A stretch of DNA of 64,000 nucleotides, from IMG/VR virus record IMGVR_UViG_3300042391_000580. The stretch is one strand, 5' to 3'. This DNA is from a virus (lineage: Duplodnaviria; Heunggongvirae; Uroviricota; Caudoviricetes). This document shows positions 57,272-64,000 of the stretch, piece after piece. Below the pieces are notes generated by a model. That model worked only from the letters and a program-made list of their open reading frames with translations. It was not told where the DNA came from and did not search any database. Every line of letters begins with the position of its first letter. Within the stretch, counting starts at the first letter, position 1. A program made the position numbers and the translations under genes.

Positions 57272-58204
57272 TTAAATATCTGACTCATTGAGAGTGAACT
57301 TTAAAGCTATGCTATATCTACTATCTTTGTCGTATGTAATTCTGTTTAAGAACCAATCCCCTACCATTCTTTCAAGAAGTGCTTTTCCTTTAAAGCTTAC
57401 AGCATTTGTGTTTACAAACTTATCTATTTGATTTTTGTCCTGTAATAAAAATGGAATGTTATTAGTATTGCTCTTTACTCTATTGTAGAAGTAGTCGTAG
57501 TTCCATTTAAAACCATCTGGGTTAGTTATCATAATATCCTGTGTACCGTTTGTGTTAGTTTTAGGATAGTTTCTTGAATTAGCCGTTTTTGTTTTCTCCG
57601 GTATTAGGTTAATATTTCCTGAACATACAATATTATTGTATATCATAGACTTATTAAATGTTAATCCTATACTAGTAGCATAATCATACTCATTGTGGTA
57701 TCTTTTTGCCTCTGTCCATATTTGGACATTGTTCAATGTCTTAGTTACAAATTCTTCTTTTATTGGGTACTCTACTGTAAATGGTTGTTTTTTACCGTAG
57801 AATACTTGGTAAGATTTGTTTGTTAATAAGTGAGACCATAGACCAAATTCTGAGTAGTCTGGGGTTACATTCATACCTGTTTGGAAGTACTTATTATGAT
57901 TTATATAATAGTTTGGCTCAAATCCATAAAAACTCATCCAGGAACCTAATACTGGAGAGTAAGCAATTGTCCAAGATACATCCTCAAAATCTGTTGGGTT
58001 TACCTCTACTGGTACTACTATATTAGTTATTATTGGATCCACTACATCCAGACAGTTGCAGTGTGCGTTCCCGTTTTGTGTTAATACAAGTGTGCACCCT
58101 TCAGGGCACTGAATATCTGTTAGTACAGTTATCTTTGTGCATTCCTGAAATGGAAACGCTTGTATTGGTGTTAATTCATATCCTTCTGGGCAAGTACAAT
58201 TCAT
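57272..58204 (-). CDS. tail fiber/adhesin-like protein (310 aa) with N-terminal CPEGYEL Cys-rich module
   Basis: N-terminus MNCTCPEGYEL...CPEGC shared with the next two genes. Confidence 0.5.
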   Translation of the reverse strand: MNCTCPEGYELTPIQAFPFQECTKITVLTDIQCPEGCTLVLTQNGNAHCNCLDVVDPIITNIVVPVEVNPTDFEDVSWTIAYSPVLGSWMSFYGFEPNYYINHNKYFQTGMNVTPDYSEFGLWSHLLTNKSYQVFYGKKQPFTVEYPIKEEFVTKTLNNVQIWTEAKRYHNEYDYATSIGLTFNKSMIYNNIVCSGNINLIPEKTKTANSRNYPKTNTNGTQDIMITNPDGFKWNYDYFYNRVKSNTNNIPFLLQDKNQIDKFVNTNAVSFKGKALLERMVGDWFLNRITYDKDSRYSIALKFTLNESDI

Positions 58205-58215
58205 TTTCTATATTT

Positions 58216-60123
58216 TTATGTTGTTACTGCTGTAAAACTTAATGGTACCATACTTCCAGATGATATATCTGGTGTAAAGGTATGTGTGCCTGCTGCTAGT
58301 GGTGTGCCTAATGCTGTAAGTGTAATTGTTTGTACACCGGTTCCTGCAAATACTCCTGTGCCTCTAAATGTTACTCCATTCGCACTTGCAATAATATCAT
58401 ATGAACCTACACTTAAACCTGTTCCTAAACTTGTTACAGTTACTGTAAGAGATTTTGTTACACCGGTTGTTATTGCTACTCCTGCTGACATAGTTCCTGT
58501 TTGTGCCCCCCAAATTAGTGCTGAAGCAATAGTACTCTTACCTCCAGTTGATGGTTGTAGTACTCTTGGTGCTGCTGATGGATTACATGGATTAATTTCA
58601 AGGATCTTATCTCCAATAATACCTTGATATACACGAGTTGTCCCTACAAAAAATTCTAATCCTACTACACCTGAGTGTTGGTCATAATATTGATTTGGGG
58701 CAGTCCCTAATACATTTGTTCCTCTTAACCTAATTTTTAAAGTCCCTACCCCAGAAGGTAATCCATTACCTATTGCTAATATTTCAGCAGCACTATATGT
58801 TATAGAAGATTGTCTTGCACCTGCTGCTGCCATATGTGTTGAGGGATCATCCCAATTAGCTATTGGTATAGGGCCACCGCCAGCATTATTCATATTTGCT
58901 ATACCTACTGGTATACCGTTTGTCATAAATTCAAACCTTGCTCTGTTACAAGTATGTCCTGATGCAGAACTTAGTGCCCATTGTGGGTTTAGTGTGCCTC
59001 CAGGAACTGTGACAACTCCTATTAAACTACCGTCTAATCTTTGAAAAGTAGGAGTTGATAAAGCTCCAGCTGTTCTTGTCATATTTATTATATTAGCAGA
59101 ACTTGTGACTGTTATTCCAAGACTTAATAGTCCTGCAGAATGTGTAGTAACAAAAGTTGCAGCTGTTTGTGTTAAGTCTACATTAAACTCTATAAAGTAG
59201 ATATGTGATTCATCATATCTAACTTCTGCTGATCCATCTGTCCCTGATAAAGTTATTGAGTGGTTAGTTGTTGCATTTGTATACTGCGAGCCTATTCCAT
59301 CGTAAACTACTCTAGCTGTAAGTGCTGCTAAACATGTAGTTACTGTTGCTCCTACATTCACTACGTAGTTAAGGTTAGTTGTACAACCGTTTGGTGCAGT
59401 TGCTTGTATGTGGTATGTTACTACTCCTGCTACTGATGCTGTCAATGTGTTTGATATTGTTGTACCTGAACCAGCTATTGCACCAGTTATTGTGCCAGGA
59501 GATGTTACAGTCCATGTAAATGTTGTCCCTGGTAATCCACTGCTAATAGCTATATTTACTGTAGCTCCACTTGCTATTGCTTGTGGTGAGCTAGGTGTTA
59601 CTATTATATCTGGGACTGTATTTACTGTGACTATTACTTCAACTGGCTGCCCTTGGCATTGGCTAGATATTTCAAAAGGTGTTATAGTATAAGTTACTGT
59701 ACCTAATCCTGTTAATGTTTGTGCTATTACGCTACTATTACCTGATGAAGCCCCCATTACTCCTGATTGAACAGCGGTCCATGTGTAAGCAATCCCAGAT
59801 TCTGTACTTGCTAATGCTATATTTGTTGCAGATCCACTACAAATAGTTTGCGGACTTGCAAATACGTCTGCTGTACATACACAAGTTGCTGCTACAATTT
59901 CTATAAGTGTACATGTGTCAAGATTTGGGTCATACGTATATCCATCTGGGCATAAGTCTAGGCCCTGTGTAATTATTTGACAATACCCACCAACTAACTC
60001 ATACCCATCTGGACAGGTTGTTATTGTGCATGACGGGTATATTGAGTCTATGTATTCACAAAAATATTCTCCTCCTATTTGTACTAGAGTTCTTCCCTCT
60101 AAGCATGTGCATGATTCTGCCAT
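58216..60123 (-). CDS. Thr/Gly/Val-rich fiber-like protein (635 aa) with N-terminal CPDGYEL module
   Basis: CPDGYELVGGYC...CPDGYTYD; long T/G/V/S beta-rich repeats. Confidence 0.5.
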   Translation of the reverse strand: MAESCTCLEGRTLVQIGGEYFCEYIDSIYPSCTITTCPDGYELVGGYCQIITQGLDLCPDGYTYDPNLDTCTLIEIVAATCVCTADVFASPQTICSGSATNIALASTESGIAYTWTAVQSGVMGASSGNSSVIAQTLTGLGTVTYTITPFEISSQCQGQPVEVIVTVNTVPDIIVTPSSPQAIASGATVNIAISSGLPGTTFTWTVTSPGTITGAIAGSGTTISNTLTASVAGVVTYHIQATAPNGCTTNLNYVVNVGATVTTCLAALTARVVYDGIGSQYTNATTNHSITLSGTDGSAEVRYDESHIYFIEFNVDLTQTAATFVTTHSAGLLSLGITVTSSANIINMTRTAGALSTPTFQRLDGSLIGVVTVPGGTLNPQWALSSASGHTCNRARFEFMTNGIPVGIANMNNAGGGPIPIANWDDPSTHMAAAGARQSSITYSAAEILAIGNGLPSGVGTLKIRLRGTNVLGTAPNQYYDQHSGVVGLEFFVGTTRVYQGIIGDKILEINPCNPSAAPRVLQPSTGGKSTIASALIWGAQTGTMSAGVAITTGVTKSLTVTVTSLGTGLSVGSYDIIASANGVTFRGTGVFAGTGVQTITLTALGTPLAAGTHTFTPDISSGSMVPLSFTAVTT

Positions 60124-60134
60124 TTTTTATTCTT

Positions 60135-63100
60135 TTAAAAATTTCTTATTGCTCTTACTCTACTTCCATTTCCTCCTTGACCGTTTGGTTGTTGTGGTCT
60201 TAGAGACCCTGCTGGTGTAGTATTGTAGTTATAAAATTGTATATTATAAGCTAAAGTGCTAGATGGAACTCTGCTTGAAGTCCAATAGTGAGATCTTCTT
60301 GTATCTCCATCTGTTGCAAAGTTTCCTATTACTGCCATATTTTGCCAAACTTTATATAATTCATCTGCACTTGGTAAATACCAGTCCGTATAACCCCCAC
60401 CTGTATAGTCTACACAAAGTTGTGCTGCGTAGTCTGTTGAAGTTGTAGATGTTGTGTAGCCAAAAGTTGAAAATAACAAATTTGTATTTGCTAATCCTGA
60501 ACCAAAAGTGGTAGGTAGAGGAGATGGTAATGGGACTGTTGGAGAAAATGTTGTCATACCTAAGCCTGCTGTTAATCCTGGCACTCCTATTGTTGGTAAA
60601 TCAAATTCTGTGACTACTAATCCATGGCATCCTGAACTATCTAGGTGAAAGATAATTCCTCCTTGATGACTATCTCCAATTGCTAAGGTACATACTTCTG
60701 CTAATACTTGAAAGCTTACAGTAGCTGTGTCACAATTTGTTAGGTTTAAATTTTCACATACTTGGTATGTTAAACTATGTGCTCCTATTGGTACTCCTAC
60801 AGAAACAACTACATCATTTCCTGATAGTGTAATTCCAGTGTCGGTTGATGATACAAAACTTACTGTTACATTTGCAGGTATTACTGCTGCTCCATTTAAG
60901 GTGTCATTTGTAAGTACATTTGTAAATGTTGTACCTCCTATTGCATCTGTTATATTTATTCCTGTTTCATCATTTGCTACTATTGGTGCACTATTTACTA
61001 CTGCAGTTGCTACTGCAGTATCACAGTTTGTTGGATTAGCTATCTCACAAATTCCGTATGTTAATGTGTACGATCCTGGAGGTGTTCCAGCAGCTACCAA
61101 TACGCTATTTCCAACAAGTGTTACGCCAGGATTGGTAGAAGATACAAAACTAGTTGTTACTTGTGCTCCTGTAACTGGTAATCCATTAAGAGTATCGTTT
61201 ACTAATACATTTGGTACTGATGTTCCTCCAGCTGCTACCGTTAATGGTACTCCTGTATTATCATTTGCTACTATTGGCACACTGTTTACTAATACTGAAA
61301 CTGTTCCTATATCACAATTTGATGGGTTTGCTACTTCACATATTCTATATGTTAATATGTATGATCCTGGAAGTGTCCCTGGAGCTACTACAACACTATT
61401 TCCAACAAGTGTTACACCAGGATTGGTAGAAGACACAAAACTAGTTGTTACTTGTCCTGATGATATTGCTACTCCATTTAGTGTGTCGTTTATCAATACA
61501 TTTGCAAATGCTGTTCCACCTGATATACTAGTTAGTGGTGTTCCTATATCGTCATTTGCTAAAATTACTGCATTATTAACTAATATATTGACATTAGCAG
61601 TATCACAGTTTGTTGGATTAGCTATCTCACATATTCTATATGTTAACGTGTACAATCCAGACGGTGTTCCTGGAGCTACTACAACGCTATTTCCAACAAG
61701 TGTTACGCCAGGATTGGTAGAAGACACAATTGTTGTGTTTACTTGTGTAGAAACTACAGGTAACCCCTCTAATGTGTCATTTACTAGAACATTTGCTACA
61801 GATGTTCCACCAGATATTGAAACTACTGGTGTACCTGTATCATTTGTTGCAATTATTTCTGGTAATGGACAATTTGCTGGTACTCTAACTAATTTGTCGC
61901 ACATAGAAGTTTCTATATTGTATGTATATCCAGGTGGACAATTTGTAGTTGTTTCTGGGTCACAGCATTTTGTTACGTTGTAAACAAATCCTTGTCCTTC
62001 AATATACTCTATACATGGGTTTTTAGGGATATAATCTTTCTTAGTTATAAAAACTCTTCTGTATCTACTATCCCACCCCATTGTAAGCCCAAGGCCATTA
62101 TATGGATTGTCTATATCTACATTTGGTAGGTAGTTTAACATTTTGAATGGTAGGTGTTCTTTAAACCAGTTTCTCATTCCACTAGCTTTGTCTCCTGCCA
62201 TAGCAGATATTTCTATCATACCTTCGCCATTTGATGGTACCATCAATACTTGCCCTCTTTTTGCATCTGCGAAAAAGTGTCCAAATTCATTTGAAACAAA
62301 AGTGGAATTTTGCGTTCCTCCATAGCCTAACCTAGTGTTATGGAAAGATGTAGATCTTCTTTGGAAGAAGGAGTTTCCTCCAAGTAATGACATTACTGGA
62401 CTAGATCCATCATCTACTTTGCTATCTACTTTGTTATATAATACAGATGTATTTGCAAATCTAGCTAAAATAGCTTGACCTTCAATATCAATTATATCTT
62501 TTAATTTTCCATAATTTGAAGGAAACTCAAAAATATCCAATGGTCTATATATTAACCATGGATCGTATAAAGAGTTCTCTGTACTATCTGGTAAGCTAGC
62601 TATTATACCATTTGGCATATCTTGAGTACACTCATTAAATGATCTTTCGTAAGTATCTGTAAGTGTTCTTCTTCTAGTCAAAGATATTTGTTTTGAATAC
62701 TCTGAGTTATATAAGAACACATTAGGCTCTCTTATAGATACTTTTTCTTCTTGTGTCCAATCTCCTAAATCTCCTACTAGTGGATAAAACTTTCTATTTG
62801 ATTCTTTTCCTGCATATCTGTAATTAGTATTTATTCTAGTTTCAGATAAAAAATTAGTTATACCATAGTAGTATAAATAGAATTTAGAGGGGCTTGTAAT
62901 ATAATTTCCTGAAGATGCAAGATTATCAAATATGTAGTCGCTATCAATGTCTGGAAAATTTGAGCCAGCATTAGAAAAATCTTTATTTTGCTCATAGCTG
63001 CAATAGAATTGAGGATTTCTGCCTATGTTACTATAAAAAAAGTAATTGTAAGGTGTTAAATCTGCTTGTTTCATTGCAGTAACTAAAAATAGTGGCATTT

Positions 63101-64000
63101 TTCTTTTTAGGGTGTGCCTTGAGATATAAGTATCCCCACCAAATATTGGTAAACATCCTGAAGTTGCATTTCTAAGATTTCCTACATATCCTGTAGATAG
63201 CCATTTTATAGAGCTTATAGTTCCATATTGAGTAGGTAAATAATTTTTTATTGCAACATATGGTGATGCTATATTTCTTACTATCTCTGGGCTTCTCCCT
63301 GCTCCACCAAATCCGGATGCTGATTGATAAGTAATACTTGCATCCGCACCTTTATCATATATTCTATAATTATTAATACTAGCAGTAGGATAAGTAATAG
63401 GCATATCTCCAAAGGATAGCAATACAGATCTTTCTCTATCAATATTATTAACATTTAATCTTTCTCCGGTTACTTCATTTGTTGTAACAAGTCTTCCGTC
63501 ATTCAAGTATTTTGCAATATGCAGTCCTCTTAATTTATTCCCATTTAACCCAGGATCTAGCATGTAGTTATAGTAACCATCTGCATAATAATAGTATGCA
63601 AAATTCTGTGGGCTACCAAAATCTCTAAATATTTTTAACCATTGGTATCTATATTCAGCATGTTTATAGATTAATGCTTCTGCTGTGCCAAATATAGCAA
63701 CGATTCCTGCTGATATGAATGCTGGAAGTCCTATACTAGTACCTACAACAAATCCACCCATAAACCAAACTTGTGCATTAGATGTAATCTCAGCTACTTT
63801 TATTAGTATTTCTCCTGCTACTTCTATTGTAGCTAAAAAGTTTGCAAGACTTCTTGCTGCAGGTGATAAGATTACCCATTTAGGGTGTCCCTGGACTTCA
63901 TCAAAATGACCTCTTGAGTTTCCAAACATGTAACCTTGAATACTAAGCTCTGAGGGTAGTCCTTGTCTATAGTAGTCTGTCTCTGGTGAATGAAATGTGT
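60135..64000 (-). CDS. large adhesin/tail fiber (>=1288 aa, N-terminus outside window): 4 cadherin-like tandem repeats + DUF1566-like C-terminal domain
   Basis: reading frame stays open upstream of ATG 63929 to the window edge; repeats with NVLVNDTLNG motifs; C-terminus GGIIFHLD...DWYLPSADELYKVW...RVRAIRNF. Confidence 0.6.
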   Translation of the reverse strand, partial: TFHSPETDYYRQGLPSELSIQGYMFGNSRGHFDEVQGHPKWVILSPAARSLANFLATIEVAGEILIKVAEITSNAQVWFMGGFVVGTSIGLPAFISAGIVAIFGTAEALIYKHAEYRYQWLKIFRDFGSPQNFAYYYYADGYYNYMLDPGLNGNKLRGLHIAKYLNDGRLVTTNEVTGERLNVNNIDRERSVLLSFGDMPITYPTASINNYRIYDKGADASITYQSASGFGGAGRSPEIVRNIASPYVAIKNYLPTQYGTISSIKWLSTGYVGNLRNATSGCLPIFGGDTYISRHTLKRKMPLFLVTAMKQADLTPYNYFFYSNIGRNPQFYCSYEQNKDFSNAGSNFPDIDSDYIFDNLASSGNYITSPSKFYLYYYGITNFLSETRINTNYRYAGKESNRKFYPLVGDLGDWTQEEKVSIREPNVFLYNSEYSKQISLTRRRTLTDTYERSFNECTQDMPNGIIASLPDSTENSLYDPWLIYRPLDIFEFPSNYGKLKDIIDIEGQAILARFANTSVLYNKVDSKVDDGSSPVMSLLGGNSFFQRRSTSFHNTRLGYGGTQNSTFVSNEFGHFFADAKRGQVLMVPSNGEGMIEISAMAGDKASGMRNWFKEHLPFKMLNYLPNVDIDNPYNGLGLTMGWDSRYRRVFITKKDYIPKNPCIEYIEGQGFVYNVTKCCDPETTTNCPPGYTYNIETSMCDKLVRVPANCPLPEIIATNDTGTPVVSISGGTSVANVLVNDTLEGLPVVSTQVNTTIVSSTNPGVTLVGNSVVVAPGTPSGLYTLTYRICEIANPTNCDTANVNILVNNAVILANDDIGTPLTSISGGTAFANVLINDTLNGVAISSGQVTTSFVSSTNPGVTLVGNSVVVAPGTLPGSYILTYRICEVANPSNCDIGTVSVLVNSVPIVANDNTGVPLTVAAGGTSVPNVLVNDTLNGLPVTGAQVTTSFVSSTNPGVTLVGNSVLVAAGTPPGSYTLTYGICEIANPTNCDTAVATAVVNSAPIVANDETGINITDAIGGTTFTNVLTNDTLNGAAVIPANVTVSFVSSTDTGITLSGNDVVVSVGVPIGAHSLTYQVCENLNLTNCDTATVSFQVLAEVCTLAIGDSHQGGIIFHLDSSGCHGLVVTEFDLPTIGVPGLTAGLGMTTFSPTVPLPSPLPTTFGSGLANTNLLFSTFGYTTSTTSTDYAAQLCVDYTGGGYTDWYLPSADELYKVWQNMAVIGNFATDGDTRRSHYWTSSRVPSSTLAYNIQFYNYNTTPAGSLRPQQPNGQGGNGSRVRAIRNF
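60660..61850 (-). repeat. four tandem ~291-bp (97-aa) cadherin-like repeats inside the 1288+-aa fiber gene
   Basis: protein repeats NDxGxP...GGT...NVLVNDTLNG...VSSTNPGVTLVGNSVVVAPGT.PGSYTLTYRICE.ANP.NCD; plus-strand shadow ORF 60727..61983 repeats LFPTSVTPGLVEDTKLVVTC x3. Confidence 0.7.

Noticed and set aside
28480-64000. Numerous plus-strand ORFs of 60-420 aa inside the minus-strand giant genes (for example 44262..45269, 45945..46421, 60727..61983)
   Set aside because: All lie antisense within long uninterrupted minus-strand ORFs. Their translations are low-complexity S/L/F-rich mirrors of the sense protein; 60727..61983 simply mirrors the tandem repeats. No promoters were found. They are shadow ORFs.
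1-64000. CRISPR array, integrase, reverse transcriptase or DGR
   Set aside because: No short interspersed repeats. No tyrosine or serine recombinase motifs. No YxDD reverse-transcriptase motif in any frame I read.

Overview
This 64 kb window looks like part of a low-GC dsDNA phage genome, by eye about one third G+C. The host is probably in Bacteroidetes/Flavobacteriia. That inference rests on three things: 14 copies of a TTG-N19-TAnnTTTG(CA) promoter motif, A-rich leaders without Shine-Dalgarno sequences, and lipobox signals plus cadherin-like and DUF1566-like fibre domains.

Positions 1-28,425 are a plus-strand early/replication/nucleotide-metabolism arm of tightly packed genes. The recognisable ones are a DEDDy 3'-5' exonuclease, a PD-(D/E)XK nuclease, class I ribonucleotide reductase beta and alpha subunits, a TM-anchored glucosaminidase, two metallophosphoesterases, a T4-gp1-like dNMP kinase, a HAD hydrolase, a MazG-like pyrophosphatase, an SF4 DnaB/T7-gp4-like helicase, an archaemetzincin-like secreted protease and a family A DNA polymerase with its own exo domain. 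Many small proteins of unknown function sit between them.

An anomalous ORF-poor RNA island of about 1.6 kb (8364-9958) sits inside this arm. It holds a clean tRNA-Met(CAU) and what appears to be a circularly permuted two-piece tmRNA, whose tag-like reading frame ends ...GCAGCUUAA (-Ala-Ala-stop). It also holds a 540 nt ORF-free, probably structured region of unknown identity, a small embedded lipoprotein ORF, and a T-loop-mimicking intrinsic terminator.

A bidirectional terminator at about 28,433-28,475 marks the switch to a 35.5 kb minus-strand block. Reading in the direction of transcription, that block starts with three fibre/adhesin genes that share a CPxGY Cys-rich module; the largest has four cadherin-like tandem repeats, a DUF1566-like C-terminus, and an N-terminus that runs off the window. 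Next comes a murein-hydrolase-like protein, then Q/M/E-rich internal proteins with internal duplications, then an 874 aa protein. The block ends with three consecutive giant genes of 1859, 2469 and 1907 aa, about 18.7 kb in total. Each giant gene has its own copy of the TTG-N19-TAATTTTGCA promoter on the minus strand.

The 2469 aa protein combines a zincin HEFGH motif, a protein-kinase-like segment and a GNAT motif. This resembles virion-packaged polyvalent proteins delivered into the host, and is the most unusual protein-coding feature here. No CRISPR array, integrase, reverse transcriptase or RNAP DxDGD motif was seen.

All functional calls are from motifs read by eye. No database search was run.
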